Positions 1 through 10,668 of a stretch of 32,000 nt of DNA are shown one piece after another. This DNA comes from Gracilibacillus alcaliphilus (lineage in GTDB: Bacteria > Bacillota > Bacilli > Bacillales > Amphibacillaceae), in contig NZ_JAFBFA010000004.1 in NCBI RefSeq assembly GCF_016909015.1, positions 169,879 through 201,878 of the forward strand, given 5' to 3'. Every line of letters starts with the position of its first letter. Position 1 is the stretch's first letter. A program made the position numbers and the translations under genes. The notes below the pieces were generated by a model, which ran no database searches, was not told where the DNA came from, and saw only the letters and a program-made list of their open reading frames with translations.

Positions 1-1
1 T

Positions 2-1315
2 GTGCAAGACCACAAAACAAATATTGTTGTAGGGGTAGATGAGAAAATTGGTGTAAGAAAGGCACTCTTGCTGGGATTGCAGCACGTACTGGCGATGGAT
101 CTGTATATTGCACCTATCATTATCGCAGGTATTCTGTCATTATCAACAGCCAATATGTCATTTTTTATTCAAATGTGTTTCCTCGCTACTGGAATTGGAA
201 CGATTATCCAAACAGGTTTTGGTATTCGACTCCCAGTTGTTCAAGGACCATCTTATGTACCAATTGGGGCAATTGGAGCGATCGGAAGCAAGTTAGGTTT
301 GGGAGCTATTGCCGGAAGCTTGATTCCAGGTGCTATTATTGTAGCTTTAATCGGTATTCCACTGAAATGGTTTGCGAAAGTCGTACAAAAAATCATCCCG
401 CCGCTGGTGGGTGGAACAGTAATTATTATTGTCGGCATCTCGCTTATGCCAATCGGGATGAACAATATCTATCAATCACCAGGTAACATCTGGCATAACA
501 TCTTGATTGCAGGTGTCACAGCAGGCGTTCTGATGATTTGTATTATGCTAGGCAGAAATCAGACTCGTTTTGGTACTGTGGTTCGAATCGTGTCTGTTTT
601 GATTGCTATCTTTGTAGGAACGGTAGTTGCCAGCTTCTTTGGGCAGGTAGACTTTTCGCCTGTAAAAGACGCTGCATGGTTCTCTTTACCGAAATTCTTT
701 CCATTCGGAGCACCAATCTTTGATATTAGTGCAATCTTAACAATGGTGTTTGTTTATTTTATTATTCTTATTGAAACAACCGGTACTTGGTTTGTCGTTT
801 CCTCTGTTACTGGAGAAAAATTAGATGAAAAACGTTTAAATCGAGCTTCATTTGGTGAAGGATTAGGATGTTTTGCCAGCTCTCTTTTTGGCAGCACACC
901 GATGACTGGTTATTCTTCCAATGCAGGATTACTAGCGATCACCGGGGTTGCCAGCAGAATGGCGATAATGGCTGGCGGGTTTATCCTGATTGCACTAGGA
1001 TTAGTTCCAAAATTATCAACAGCCATTACCTGTATTCCGGAACCAGTTATTAATGGGGTATTTGGTATCGTTTGTGTAGCAGTTGTGACAAATGGAATGA
1101 AGGTTATTCAGCCATTGTTTATTGATGACCGCAATATGCTTATTATCGGGATTCCCATCTTATTAACGATTGCTACAGTTATTCTTCCAGCTGAAGCAAT
1201 CGAAGCCACACCAGACTTTATCGGCTATATCTTATCATCTGGTGCTGCTGTTGGTGCGATAGCTACTGTATTATTAAATCTATTGCTTCCTAAAGCGCTA
1301 GCCAAGAATCCATAA
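2..1315 (+). CDS. NCS2 (nucleobase:cation symporter-2, xanthine/uracil permease) family transporter
   Basis: 437-aa ORF opening with GTG at nt 2, so the true start may be at or beyond the window edge. It is polytopic and hydrophobic throughout. Family-typical motifs are LGLQHVLAM near the N-terminus and the signature loop TGYSSNAGLLAITGVASR. A hairpin plus T-tract follows downstream. Confidence 0.85.
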   Translation: MQDHKTNIVVGVDEKIGVRKALLLGLQHVLAMDLYIAPIIIAGILSLSTANMSFFIQMCFLATGIGTIIQTGFGIRLPVVQGPSYVPIGAIGAIGSKLGLGAIAGSLIPGAIIVALIGIPLKWFAKVVQKIIPPLVGGTVIIIVGISLMPIGMNNIYQSPGNIWHNILIAGVTAGVLMICIMLGRNQTRFGTVVRIVSVLIAIFVGTVVASFFGQVDFSPVKDAAWFSLPKFFPFGAPIFDISAILTMVFVYFIILIETTGTWFVVSSVTGEKLDEKRLNRASFGEGLGCFASSLFGSTPMTGYSSNAGLLAITGVASRMAIMAGGFILIALGLVPKLSTAITCIPEPVINGVFGIVCVAVVTNGMKVIQPLFIDDRNMLIIGIPILLTIATVILPAEAIEATPDFIGYILSSGAAVGAIATVLLNLLLPKALAKNP

Positions 1316-1427
1316 GTTACAAAAAGGGGGGAAGCACACGAGCTTTTTTAGCTTAGAGATAAGGCTTTACAGTCGGAAAGCAATCTGATAGAGCATCGCA
1401 CATAAAAAGTATCATTCACTCAGCATA

Positions 1428-1468
1428 CAGGGAACAGATCTCGCCTTAGATCTGTCCCTGATTTTTTG
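1428..1468 (+). terminator. Rho-independent terminator of the permease gene
   Basis: CAGGGAACAGATCT (1428-1441) pairs with AGATCTGTCCCTG (1448-1460) with one bulge. ATTTTTTG follows. Confidence 0.6.
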
Positions 1469-1586
1469 TTTTCAACAATTTTTATCCATCTGCTATTTAA
1501 TCTTCGAACAATTTTTTGCATTAGAAAAAATTCGTTTTGCTGATACTATACAAAATATATGCCAAAATATATGTCTTCTTTGCTCA

Positions 1587-1617
1587 TAAAAAAACCGCTA
1601 TAAATCCATAACGGTTT
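1587..1617 (-). terminator. Rho-independent terminator after the yvlD-like gene
   Basis: On the minus strand AACCGTTAT pairs with ATAGCGGTT (one G-U). A run of 7 T follows (plus-strand A-run 1588-1594). It overlaps the stop codon at 1616-1618. Confidence 0.5.
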
Positions 1618-1960
1618 ATGCCTTGGTAAGGCTATTGATAAATGTATTCAAGATAGAAATGATGATAGCTGAAATTATCGCTATACCGAAACCTTCGATC
1701 ACAAAATAGCTGCCTAAGATAATTTGTGTTAACCATAGTGTAACAGCATTGATGACTAATAAGAATAACCCTAAAGTCACGATGGTAATAGGTAATGTAA
1801 GGACTACCAAAATCGGTTTGACAATCATATTAAGTACCGACAAAATGACACTGGCTAATAATGCGATCCAAAAACCATCAATAAAAAAGCCAGCAAACAA
1901 ATAATCCAGCAACATCAATACTAGGGCATTCAGTACTAACGATACAAGTAAACGCCCCAT
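1616..1960 (-). CDS. yvlD: Phage_holin_4_2 / DUF360 family small membrane protein (YvlD-like)
   Basis: 114 aa with 3-4 TM helices and the family-typical stretch NMIVKPILVVLTLPITIVTLGLFLLVINA. Its ATG overlaps the stop of the upstream PspC-domain gene (TAATG). The pairing matches B. subtilis yvlC-yvlD. Confidence 0.7.
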   Translation of the reverse strand: MGRLLVSLVLNALVLMLLDYLFAGFFIDGFWIALLASVILSVLNMIVKPILVVLTLPITIVTLGLFLLVINAVTLWLTQIILGSYFVIEGFGIAIISAIIISILNTFINSLTKA

Positions 1961-2157
1961 TAGTATTCACCCTCTTTAGGGATGATAATCAAGGCAGCAA
2001 TATATAAAAGCGTTAGTGGGATGCCAGCTGTAAAAATCAACAATACGACATATATTAAACGCAATACGGTTGCGTCTAAATTACTCGCCTCTGCGATTCC
2101 ACCAAGAACACCACCCAACATCCGATTCGTTGATGATCGATATAATCTTCTCGACAC
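1960..2157 (-). CDS. yvlC: PspC-domain membrane protein (YvlC-like)
   Basis: PspC-domain signature RRLYRSSTNRMLGGVLGGIAE followed by one TM helix. I place the start at GTG 2157 because AGGAGGG lies 6-7 nt upstream. The ORF-track ATG at 2193 has no SD and adds 12 non-homologous residues. Confidence 0.7.
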   Translation of the reverse strand: MSRRLYRSSTNRMLGGVLGGIAEASNLDATVLRLIYVVLLIFTAGIPLTLLYIAALIIIPKEGEY

Positions 2158-2441
2158 ATATATCCCTCCTATAACTGTCCTATATTTGATCATGGTACCA
2201 GATTTTGCTACCCCTCAGTGGAAGATCAAGCCTTACCACTGAGGACATTCTTCTTTTATCGTGGTGTAACTGGCTGTAAGACCCCCACTCAAGAAAGGAA
2301 CACATCATGTTAAGTGGGAGATCCAACGGCCAGTAACGTCCATTTGTTTCAGCTAGCGGTCAGTAGGGATGAAAAAATCCATTGAATGAAGCTTCACTTT
2401 ATTATTCCCTAGATGGGACACTTCTAAACCAGAAGAAGGGA

Positions 2442-3101
2442 TTAGTTAAATTCCCATGTGTAAAAAGATTCCACACCTAACCATTGTTTGGTGGCAAGTT
2501 CAATATCATCGGCTTCTTCTTTAACAGATTTTAACATTCCATCCGCCTGGGATTTATGGGCCATAATGGTCTCTAACTTTTTGGAAATCCGATCTGATAC
2601 ATCATTTTCGATATCAGGTCCGCCTAGTTCTTCTACGTGTGTATTGCTGATAGCCTGTGCCCATACAGTTGGCCGTTCTGCCGCAGGGAACATTTCAACA
2701 GCTCTAATAGCTGCCGCCCCAAAAGCATTATGATCAGGATGCACCGCATGGCCTGGATAATGTGTTATTACTAAAGATGGTTTTATTTCGTTCAAAAACT
2801 GAAATAGGTGAGCCGCTACATCTTCAGTAGACTCAAACTCTATTGTTTTATCGCGGTAACCTAGCATCTCTAGGTGGATATCTAATACCTCACATGCCTT
2901 GATCAATTCTGCCTTGCGAATTTCTGGCAGAGTCTCTCTGGTAGCAAACGTGGGATTTCCCATGTTCCGTCCCATTTCCCCTAAGGTTCCACACAAGTAA
3001 GTTACTGGTATTCCTTTTTCGCGAAATGTGGTAATAGTTCCTGCCGCTCCAAAGGCTTCGTCATCTGGATGCGGATAAATAACAACTACATGTTCTCCCA
3101 T
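2442..3101 (-). CDS. bshB2: PIG-L family deacetylase, bacillithiol biosynthesis deacetylase BshB2-type
   Basis: N-terminus VVVIYPHPDDEAFGAAG carries the LmbE/PIG-L zinc motif, and HPDH lies downstream. It is paired with a yojF-like gene as in B. subtilis yojF-yojG(bshB2). The start is set at ATG 3101 (MGEHVVV) with GGGAGGAAC upstream; the ORF-track start 3143 overlaps yojF. Confidence 0.8.
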   Translation of the reverse strand: MGEHVVVIYPHPDDEAFGAAGTITTFREKGIPVTYLCGTLGEMGRNMGNPTFATRETLPEIRKAELIKACEVLDIHLEMLGYRDKTIEFESTEDVAAHLFQFLNEIKPSLVITHYPGHAVHPDHNAFGAAAIRAVEMFPAAERPTVWAQAISNTHVEELGGPDIENDVSDRISKKLETIMAHKSQADGMLKSVKEEADDIELATKQWLGVESFYTWEFN

Positions 3102-3120
3102 ATTAGTTCCTCCCTTTTCC

Positions 3121-3474
3121 TTAATATTTAAACGGAGTTTCACTAATTTGCAGTGCCACCATTAATCTGCCTTCTCGATCATGACCTGCCATTAGTAAAC
3201 GATTGTTTTTATCTAATTCATATTGACTTACACCTTCTGCATAAATCCAGCCGATCTCCAACTTTAATCCAACACGATATGTAGAACCGGCACCAACAAT
3301 TTTTCCTCGTTGATATGTTACTTGTGCATTACGAATAAATGCCCCAGCGTTATATGCGTCTTTATTAAAATGGCTGGCATATGCCCCATTGGTTGTCTCC
3401 AAATGGATATACACCTCTTTATTTGCAAATGCATCAATATACTGCTGTAATTGATCTATTTCAATTGGTTGCAT
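3121..3474 (-). CDS. yojF: YojF-like DUF1806 protein
   Basis: 117-aa ORF immediately upstream of bshB2 on the same strand with a 19-nt gap. Size and sequence character (EVYIHLETTNGAYASHF ... RLLMAGHD) fit the YojF family. Confidence 0.7.
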   Translation of the reverse strand: MQPIEIDQLQQYIDAFANKEVYIHLETTNGAYASHFNKDAYNAGAFIRNAQVTYQRGKIVGAGSTYRVGLKLEIGWIYAEGVSQYELDKNNRLLMAGHDREGRLMVALQISETPFKY

Positions 3475-3509
3475 AGCTGATCATTACCTCCCTATTAGTA
3501 AATTAATTG

Positions 3510-3539
3510 ATTATAAATATCACTAATCTCTTATTTGAA
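3510..3539 (-). promoter_or_regulatory. Candidate sigma-A promoter for yojF-bshB2
   Basis: Minus strand reads TTCAAA (3539-3534), 18-nt spacer, TATAAT (3515-3510), about 35 nt upstream of the yojF ATG. Confidence 0.3.
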
Positions 3540-3613
3540 AGTCTTACCTTATTATTTTAGCATAGAGCGCCCAGAAGTTCTTACGAAAAGGAATTTAAGA
3601 ATAGAGAAAGAGG

Positions 3614-3657
3614 TGAAAAACTGCCCAGCTTGGAAGTATCCTCCACAAGTTAGACAG
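3614..3657 (-). terminator. Rho-independent terminator of uvrA
   Basis: On the minus strand CTGTCTAACTTG pairs with CAAGCTGGGCAG (11/12, including two G-U). TTTTTC follows. It starts 14 nt after the uvrA stop. Confidence 0.55.
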
Positions 3658-3670
3658 TGTTTCAACATTA

Positions 3671-6523
3671 TTATTTGATCAACACAGCCATTCTTTCTTT
3701 ATCCCTTTCCAGAATAGGTTTTAAATAAGCACCTGTATGGGAATCTGCGACCTCTGCCACTTCTTCTGGTGTACCAGTAGCCACAATCATCCCGCCGCCA
3801 TCGCCACCTTCCGGACCCAGATCAATAATATAGTCAGCAGCTTTAATCACATCTAAATTGTGCTCAATAATAACTACCGTATCGCCATTATCGACTAGTC
3901 TTTGAATCACTTCAAGCAAACGAGAAATATCATCAATATGCAATCCAGTTGTTGGCTCATCCAGAATATACAGCGACTTACCATTAGAACGGCGGTGTAA
4001 TTCACTAGCCAGCTTTACACGCTGTGCTTCTCCCCCTGAGAGTGTCGTCGCAGGCTGTCCCAGACGAATATAACCTAAACCTACATCATAAATGGTTTCC
4101 ATTTTTCGTTTGATTTTTGGGATATTTTCAAAAAAGTGTAACCCTTCTTCAATAGTCATATCTAGAACATCCGCAATATTTTTACCTTTATACTTAACTT
4201 CCAATGTTTCTCGGTTGTAGCGTTTGCCCTCACACACTTCACAAGGAACATAGACATCAGGCAGGAAGTGCATCTCTATCTTAATAATTCCATCCCCGCG
4301 ACAGGCCTCACAACGTCCGCCTTTGACATTAAAACTAAAACGTCCCTTCTTATAGCCGCGAATCTTCGCCTCATTGGTTTGTGCAAACACATCGCGAATA
4401 TCATCAAAGGCACCAGTATAAGTGGCTGGGTTAGATCTTGGCGTTCGACCAATTGGTGATTGATCAATGTCAATCACCTTTTCAATATGTTCGATACCTC
4501 GGATCTCTTGGTGTTTTCCAGGCTTCCTTTTCGCTCGGTTAATCTGAACAGACAAACTCTTATGCAGAATTTCATTTATCAGTGTACTCTTTCCAGATCC
4601 TGAGACACCAGTAACTGCTGTATAGAGACCAATCGGAATCTTGACGTCTACATTTTTTAAGTTATTTTCTGCTGCACCGATAATTTCTAAGTATTTTCCA
4701 TTTTGTTCATGCCGTTTGGCCGGGACTGGAATAAACTTTGCTCCAGACAAGTATTGGCCTGTTAAGGATTTCTTTTTCTTCATCACCTGTTTTGGTGTTC
4801 CTTGAGCGACTACTTCCCCTCCATGTTCACCAGCACCTGGTCCAATATCGATCAGATGATCAGCAGCTAACATGGTATCCTCATCATGTTCTACAACAAT
4901 TAAGGTATTACCTAAATCACGCATCCGTTCCAATGTCGCAATCAATCGGTCATTATCGCGTTGATGTAACCCAATTGACGGCTCATCTAATACATAGAGC
5001 ACTCCAGTTAAGGCTGAACCGATTTGTGTTGCCAGCCGGATACGCTGTGCCTCTCCACCAGATAAGGTACCAGATGAACGAGATAAAGTGAGATATTCGA
5101 GTCCGACATTAATTAGAAAGGATAAGCGATCATCTAACTCACGGATAATCATATGTGCAATTTGCTTTTCTTTTTCTGACAGGTTTAGGTTTTGAAAAAA
5201 GTCTAATGCATTTGTCACTGATAGTTCCGTTACCTCACCAATATGCTTTCCATTAACCTTGACAGCTAATGCCTCATCTTTAAGTCGATATCCGTTACAG
5301 CTTGGACACGCCTTCTGTGTCATATATTTTTCCATCTGCTCACGAATAAAGTCAGAAGATGTTTCATGATATCTGCGGGAAATGTTTTGAATAACTCCCT
5401 CAAATTGAATGTCATTTTCGCGGAGTAAACCGTAATCATTCTCATAACGAAAATGGACCTTCTCTTTACCACTGCCATACAATATTTTATCCCATTGTTT
5501 CTTCGGTAACTTGTCTACCGGTGTATCCATATCGATTCCATAATGATCACAAACACTCTTAAGCAGCTGCGGATAATATTGTGAACTAATTGGCTCCCAA
5601 GGAACAATCGCCCCTTCGTTCAATGACAGCTTCTTATCTGGCACAACTAAATCCACATCCACCTCTAATTGTGACCCTAAACCATCACAGGTAGGGCAAG
5701 CCCCCCATGGACTGTTAAAAGAAAACAGGCGCGGTTCTAATTCATCGATTGAAAATCCACAAATGGGGCAGGCATGATTTTCACTAAATAACAGTTCTTC
5801 TTCTCCGATAATATCGACAATTACCTTTCCCTCACCTAACCGAAGCGCTGTTTCTAAAGAATCTGTTAATCGACCGGTGATCCCTTCCTTCACAACAATC
5901 CGGTCAATTACTACTTCAATCGAATGCTTTTTATTTTTATCTAATTGAATATCATCGGTTATCTCACGCATTTCCCCATCAATACGAAGTCGGATATAAC
6001 CCTCTTTTTGCAGATCTTCCAATACCTTTACATGGGTTCCTTTTCTGCCTGAAATCACCGGGGACAAGATTTGTAATTTCGTCCGTTCCGGATATTCCAT
6101 CACCCTGTCTACCATCTGTTCAACTGTTTGTGAACTGATTTCTTCCCCATGGATCGGACAAATCGGATGACCGATTCTGGCAAATAACAGCCGCATATAA
6201 TCATAGATCTCTGTTACGGTTGCTGTAGTGGAGCGTGGGTTTTTACTTGTTGTTTTTTGGTCAATCGAAATTGCTGGCGAAAGACCCTCGATCGAATCCA
6301 CATCAGGCTTATCCATTTGACCTAGGAATTGACGGGCATATGCAGACAGCGACTCGACATAACGACGCTGTCCTTCCGCATATATCGTATCAAACGCTAA
6401 GGAAGACTTACCAGAACCAGAAAGACCCGTTAAAACAACTAATTTATCCTTTGGTATATCTAATGAAATATTTTTAAGATTATGTGCTCTCGCACCTCTT
6501 ATCGAAATGGATTTCTGTGCCAT
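3671..6523 (-). CDS. uvrA: Excinuclease ABC subunit A (UvrA)
   Basis: 950 aa. Two ABC ATPase modules ([18 protein letters not shown]; LSGGEAQR twice), zinc-finger cysteines (CPICGF...CPTCDG; CEACRGDG...CEVCEG) and a canonical N-terminus [12 protein letters not shown]. Confidence 0.97.
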   Translation of the reverse strand: MAQKSISIRGARAHNLKNISLDIPKDKLVVLTGLSGSGKSSLAFDTIYAEGQRRYVESLSAYARQFLGQMDKPDVDSIEGLSPAISIDQKTTSKNPRSTTATVTEIYDYMRLLFARIGHPICPIHGEEISSQTVEQMVDRVMEYPERTKLQILSPVISGRKGTHVKVLEDLQKEGYIRLRIDGEMREITDDIQLDKNKKHSIEVVIDRIVVKEGITGRLTDSLETALRLGEGKVIVDIIGEEELLFSENHACPICGFSIDELEPRLFSFNSPWGACPTCDGLGSQLEVDVDLVVPDKKLSLNEGAIVPWEPISSQYYPQLLKSVCDHYGIDMDTPVDKLPKKQWDKILYGSGKEKVHFRYENDYGLLRENDIQFEGVIQNISRRYHETSSDFIREQMEKYMTQKACPSCNGYRLKDEALAVKVNGKHIGEVTELSVTNALDFFQNLNLSEKEKQIAHMIIRELDDRLSFLINVGLEYLTLSRSSGTLSGGEAQRIRLATQIGSALTGVLYVLDEPSIGLHQRDNDRLIATLERMRDLGNTLIVVEHDEDTMLAADHLIDIGPGAGEHGGEVVAQGTPKQVMKKKKSLTGQYLSGAKFIPVPAKRHEQNGKYLEIIGAAENNLKNVDVKIPIGLYTAVTGVSGSGKSTLINEILHKSLSVQINRAKRKPGKHQEIRGIEHIEKVIDIDQSPIGRTPRSNPATYTGAFDDIRDVFAQTNEAKIRGYKKGRFSFNVKGGRCEACRGDGIIKIEMHFLPDVYVPCEVCEGKRYNRETLEVKYKGKNIADVLDMTIEEGLHFFENIPKIKRKMETIYDVGLGYIRLGQPATTLSGGEAQRVKLASELHRRSNGKSLYILDEPTTGLHIDDISRLLEVIQRLVDNGDTVVIIEHNLDVIKAADYIIDLGPEGGDGGGMIVATGTPEEVAEVADSHTGAYLKPILERDKERMAVLIK

Positions 6524-6528
6524 TTATT

Positions 6529-8514
6529 TCACCCTTCTGCTTTCAATTCTAAAACAAGGTCACGAAGTTCTGCAGCACGCTCAAAGTCAAGCGCTCGGGC
6601 AGCATCTTTCATTTCTTGTTCCATTTTTTCGATTACTTTTTGCTTTTCTTTCTTCGTCATTCTACTTATTTCTTTTGACTTTGTTTCATAAGTCGCTTCT
6701 TCTTCTGCCGCTATTGTCGCGCGAATAACATCACGTACCTCTTTTTTAATCGTTTTTGGTACAATACCATGTTTTTCATTGTATGCTATCTGGATTTCAC
6801 GACGACGATAGGTTTCATCTATTGCTTGCTGCATCGAATCGGTGATCTTATCTGCATACATAATAACGAGACCGTTCTCGTTACGAGCCGCTCGTCCCAT
6901 TGTTTGAATCAAAGAACGCTCCGACCGTAAGAATCCTTCCTTATCAGCATCTAAAATTGCAACCAATGATACCTCTGGGATATCTAATCCTTCCCGTAAC
7001 AAGTTAATCCCAATAAGCACATCAAATTTACCAACACGCAAATCGCGAATAACCTCAATTCGTTCCAAGGTCTTAATCTCAGAATGAAGATAAGCAACCT
7101 TCAGCCCGATTTCTTTCAAATAATCGGTTAAATCTTCCGACATCTTTTTCGTTAACGTAGTAACCAATACACGTTCATTCTTTTTCACACGCTTATTAAT
7201 TTCACCGATTAAATGATCAATCTGTCCTTCAATTGGCTGAACCCGAACCTCGGGGTCTATCAAGCCGGTAGGCCGGATAATTTGTTCCGTCATCCTTGGT
7301 GTATGTTCTAATTCATAAGGTCCAGGTGTGGCAGAAACATAGATTAGCTGATTGGCCTTCTCTTCAAATTCTTCAAATTTTAAAGGGCGGTTATCCAGTG
7401 CGGATGGCAAACGAAAACCATGATCAACTAGCACCTGTTTCCTCGCCTGGTCCCCATTATACATACCACGAATTTGTGGTAATGTAACATGAGATTCATC
7501 AATGACGATCAAGGAATCGTCTGGAAAGTAATCTAATAAAGTATATGGAGTCGAGCCTGCTTCCCTTAAGGCCAAATGACGGGAATAATTCTCAATTCCT
7601 GAACAAAAGCCCATCTCTGCCATCATTTCTAAATCATAATTGGTCCGCTGTTCAATACGCTGTGCCTCCAACAACTTATCTTCCTCTCTAAAACGTTGGA
7701 GCTGTTCTTGCAATTCCAGCTTGATATTTTCCATGGCTACCTTTAATTTTTCTTCACGGGTGACGAAGTGGGACGCTGGAAAGATAGCAATATGTTCCCG
7801 ATCACCAATAATTTCTCCTGTTAAGGCATCTACTTCCCGAATCCGATCAATTTCATCACCAAAAAATTCGACTCGCACACACTGTTCTTCCCTTGAAGCT
7901 GGGATAATTTCAACAGAATCTCCGCGCACACGGAATGTACCACGTTGAAAATCAATGTCATTGCGCGCATATTGAATAGCTACGAGCGATCGCAATAGTT
8001 CGTCTCGCTCTTTTTCCATTCCAACACGAAGTGAAAGCACTTGACTGCCGTATTCTTCTGGTGAACCCAAACCATAGATACAAGATACACTAGCTACAAT
8101 CAGGACATCATTCCGCTCAAATAAAGCAGATGTGGCAGAGTGCCTCAATTTATCAATTTCGTCATTAATACTGGCATCTTTTTCAATAAAAGTATCTGTT
8201 GAGGGTACATAGGCCTCTGGCTGATAATAATCATAATAACTCACAAAATATTCCACTGCGTTATTTGGAAAAAATTCTTTAAACTCACTATATAATTGAC
8301 CAGCCAATGTCTTGTTATGGGCAATAACTAATGTAGGCCGATTAATTTCCTTGACTACGTTACTAATTGTAAATGTCTTACCTGTACCAGTAGCACCAAG
8401 TAAAGTTTGATGGCGTTTCTCCTCTTTCACACCACTCACTAATTCTTTGATAGCTTTTGGCTGATCTCCTTGCGGCTGATATGGTGATTGTAATGAAAAA
8501 GTATGTTCTTCCAT
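6529..8514 (-). CDS. uvrB: Excinuclease ABC subunit B (UvrB)
   Basis: 661 aa. Helicase motif [13 protein letters not shown] box (VIDESHVT) and the C-terminal UVR motif ([12 protein letters not shown]). GGAGGGG SD upstream. It sits 5 nt upstream of uvrA. Confidence 0.97.
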   Translation of the reverse strand: MEEHTFSLQSPYQPQGDQPKAIKELVSGVKEEKRHQTLLGATGTGKTFTISNVVKEINRPTLVIAHNKTLAGQLYSEFKEFFPNNAVEYFVSYYDYYQPEAYVPSTDTFIEKDASINDEIDKLRHSATSALFERNDVLIVASVSCIYGLGSPEEYGSQVLSLRVGMEKERDELLRSLVAIQYARNDIDFQRGTFRVRGDSVEIIPASREEQCVRVEFFGDEIDRIREVDALTGEIIGDREHIAIFPASHFVTREEKLKVAMENIKLELQEQLQRFREEDKLLEAQRIEQRTNYDLEMMAEMGFCSGIENYSRHLALREAGSTPYTLLDYFPDDSLIVIDESHVTLPQIRGMYNGDQARKQVLVDHGFRLPSALDNRPLKFEEFEEKANQLIYVSATPGPYELEHTPRMTEQIIRPTGLIDPEVRVQPIEGQIDHLIGEINKRVKKNERVLVTTLTKKMSEDLTDYLKEIGLKVAYLHSEIKTLERIEVIRDLRVGKFDVLIGINLLREGLDIPEVSLVAILDADKEGFLRSERSLIQTMGRAARNENGLVIMYADKITDSMQQAIDETYRRREIQIAYNEKHGIVPKTIKKEVRDVIRATIAAEEEATYETKSKEISRMTKKEKQKVIEKMEQEMKDAARALDFERAAELRDLVLELKAEG

Positions 8515-8575
8515 TATGCCCCTCCGTTCTCTTTCCTCTATCTAGAATTAGTATACACTATTTCTGCACAAAAAG

Positions 8576-8589
8576 CGAACAAATATTCG
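8576..8589. promoter_or_regulatory. LexA (Cheo/SOS) box upstream of uvrB
   Basis: CGAACAAATATTCG has one mismatch to the Gram-positive GAAC-N4-GTTC core. It lies ~60 nt upstream of the uvrB ATG and overlaps a -35-like TTCGCT, followed by an 18-nt spacer and TGTATACT (extended -10) on the minus strand. uvrB is a known SOS gene in Bacillus. Confidence 0.6.
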
Positions 8590-8905
8590 TTGTTGTTTTT
8601 GGAAAGATTTATTAGCAGTTCTTTTATTATACCTAATTCTTTTTTATTCGAAAAAAGATACGTTTGCGTTTTTCTTGTTTCAATTGATCATATTCCCATT
8701 ATGACCTTTATTTTGACCCAATATAAGAGGGGATGGCAAAATTGGAGTTATTGATGTTATACTGTGTGGATTATCAGATCGTTAGTGTCCGTTCTTTCCC
8801 ATTTTGTCTTCTTTTTCCTGAAATGGAGGTCTTGCCAGATAAATTATCCAGGCATAGTGCCCCCTCTTATTAAACGCAGCCTATCATCTCCTTGTTCCGT
8901 TCTAT

Positions 8906-8944
8906 ATAGAAAACAAACAACCCACATTAGCTGTAGGTTGTTTG
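8906..8944 (-). terminator. Rho-independent terminator of prfC
   Basis: On the minus strand CAAACAACCTACA pairs with TGTGGGTTGTTTG. TTTTCT follows. The prfC stop codon sits in the loop. Confidence 0.6.
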
Positions 8945-10510
8945 GTCGTATTGGTTAACTTCATATAAATCAATTAAGTCTATTTCTGGATGCTTATCCA
9001 CAAACCAGCGCAAGGCGAAATCATTTTTAAACAAAACTAGAAAATCCTCTTCTCTATCCTTGACAAGTAAGTTTCGTTCATCAAACATACTTGGATCGAC
9101 TTGCTCTTTTTTTAGCCAGCGTGGGATACGATCCCCTATCGATTCCAACAGTACCTCGACATTATATTCATTCTTCATGCGGTGCTGAAACACTTCATAT
9201 TGCAGTTGGCCAACTGCGCCAATAATCAATGAATCGATTGGATACCCGCGAAACAGCTGAATGGCCCCTTCCTGAACCAATTGTTCCAGTCCTTTTCTAA
9301 ATTGTTTTGCCTTCATGACATTTTTAGCAGATACACGTTGGAACATTTCTGGCGGGAACTGTGGTAATTCATCATACTCGCTTTTCAGCTTACCATCTAG
9401 TAAGGTATCTCCAATCCGGTAAGATCCAGAATCATATACACCAATAATATCACCGGCATAAGCTTCCTCTACAGTATCTCTGGAGGAAGCAACAAATTGC
9501 TGAGTTTGCCCTAAGCGAATGGTTTTCCCTGTACGGGCAAGTGTTACATTCATGCCTCGCTCAAACTTGCCTGAGCAGACACGTAAGAAGGCAATACGAT
9601 CTCGATGCTGAGGATTCATATTGGCTTGAATCTTAAAAATAAAGCCTGAGAAATCTGGATTGTCCGGGTCCACTACTTCGTCTTCCGTCCGACGCGGACC
9701 TGGCGCTGGTGCTAATTGGATAAAGGTATCAAAAAATGTCTGTACCCCAAATGGTGCTAAGGCACTGCCAAAGAATACCGGTGTTTGTTCTCCTGCTAGT
9801 ACCCGTTCTAAGGAAAACTGATCCCCTGCTTCATTGATTAATTCTAATTCTTCTAATGTTTCTTGATAGGTTGCGTCTTGAGCTATGGCAGTCTGATCCA
9901 TCTCATCCAGCGGAATATATGTCTCTTCTTCATTCCCATTAAATTGAATAAATTGATCGTTATAACGATCAAGAATCCCTAAGAAACGTTTTCCCATTCC
10001 TACCGGCCAATTCATTGGATACGTTTCAATATCTAAAACCTCTTCAATTTGATATAATAAATCGAGCGGTTCCCTGCCTTCACGGTCTAATTTATTAATA
10101 AATGTAAAAATGGGTATTCCGCGCATTTTACATACCTTAAATAGCTTAATCGTCTGTGCCTCGATCCCTTTTGTAGCGTCAATAATCATCACCACACTAT
10201 CTACCGCTGTTAAGGTTCGATAGGTGTCCTCACTGAAATCTTCATGACCTGGTGTATCCAAAATATTGACTTTATAGCTGTTATAATCAAAATTCATCAC
10301 ACTGGAAGTAACAGAAATACCACGTTGTTTTTCAATCTCCATCCAGTCAGAGGTAGCATATTTACCTGATTTTTTACCTTTAACCGTACCAGCTGAGCGA
10401 ATCAAATTCCCAAATAGTAATAGCTTTTCCGTCATTGTCGTTTTACCGGCATCCGGGTGGGAAATAATCGCAAACGTCTTTCTTTTTTGTACTTGTTCTT
10501 GTAAATCCAT
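8927..10510 (-). CDS. prfC: Peptide chain release factor 3 (RF3, translational GTPase)
   Basis: 527 aa. N-terminus [22 protein letters not shown] (G1), DTPGHEDF (G3) and NKLD (G4). Length and full-length collinearity are typical of RF3. Confidence 0.93.
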   Translation of the reverse strand: MDLQEQVQKRKTFAIISHPDAGKTTMTEKLLLFGNLIRSAGTVKGKKSGKYATSDWMEIEKQRGISVTSSVMNFDYNSYKVNILDTPGHEDFSEDTYRTLTAVDSVVMIIDATKGIEAQTIKLFKVCKMRGIPIFTFINKLDREGREPLDLLYQIEEVLDIETYPMNWPVGMGKRFLGILDRYNDQFIQFNGNEEETYIPLDEMDQTAIAQDATYQETLEELELINEAGDQFSLERVLAGEQTPVFFGSALAPFGVQTFFDTFIQLAPAPGPRRTEDEVVDPDNPDFSGFIFKIQANMNPQHRDRIAFLRVCSGKFERGMNVTLARTGKTIRLGQTQQFVASSRDTVEEAYAGDIIGVYDSGSYRIGDTLLDGKLKSEYDELPQFPPEMFQRVSAKNVMKAKQFRKGLEQLVQEGAIQLFRGYPIDSLIIGAVGQLQYEVFQHRMKNEYNVEVLLESIGDRIPRWLKKEQVDPSMFDERNLLVKDREEDFLVLFKNDFALRWFVDKHPEIDLIDLYEVNQYDQTTYS

Positions 10511-10603
10511 CTATTTACCTTCTTTCTACAATCACTATCCGATCTTTCTATGCTTATAGCCTTTCCTATTTTAACATTTATCTGAAGAAAAAACAGTATC
10601 AAG

Positions 10604-10632
10604 ATGTGAATAACGGTAGAATCTGTTATAAT
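10604..10632 (+). promoter_or_regulatory. Candidate extended -10 promoter of the SNF2 helicase gene
   Basis: TGTTATAAT (TGn + TATAAT, 10624-10632) with a weak -35 (ATGTGA) 17 nt upstream. It places the transcription start near 10639 and so excludes the ORF-track start at 10606. Confidence 0.3.
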
Positions 10633-10668
10633 GTAATGATGAATTCTTTTAATAAGGATGGGATCGTT

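Noticed and set aside
1469-1586. AT-only inverted repeat (AATTTTTT gcattag AAAAAATT, ~1511-1533) and a tandem 11-mer CAAAATATATG repeated twice (1551-1573) between two convergent terminators
   Set aside because: This is low-complexity AT-rich DNA in a transcriptionally dead zone between convergent genes. Repeats this short are expected by chance at this composition.
3671-8514. Several 60-117-aa antisense or out-of-frame ORFs within uvrA and uvrB (for example 4738-5091 and 7640-7948)
   Set aside because: They are fully embedded in strongly supported, full-length uvrA and uvrB reading frames. They have no SDs and odd composition.
8503-8958. Plus-strand ORFs 8503-8754 (83 aa), 8764-8958 (64 aa) and a 46-codon ORF at 8733-8873
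   Set aside because: The first overlaps the uvrB start and promoter on the antisense strand, and the second runs into the prfC terminator and coding end. None has a convincing SD and start geometry or a recognisable domain, and their composition is that of AT-rich spacer DNA.
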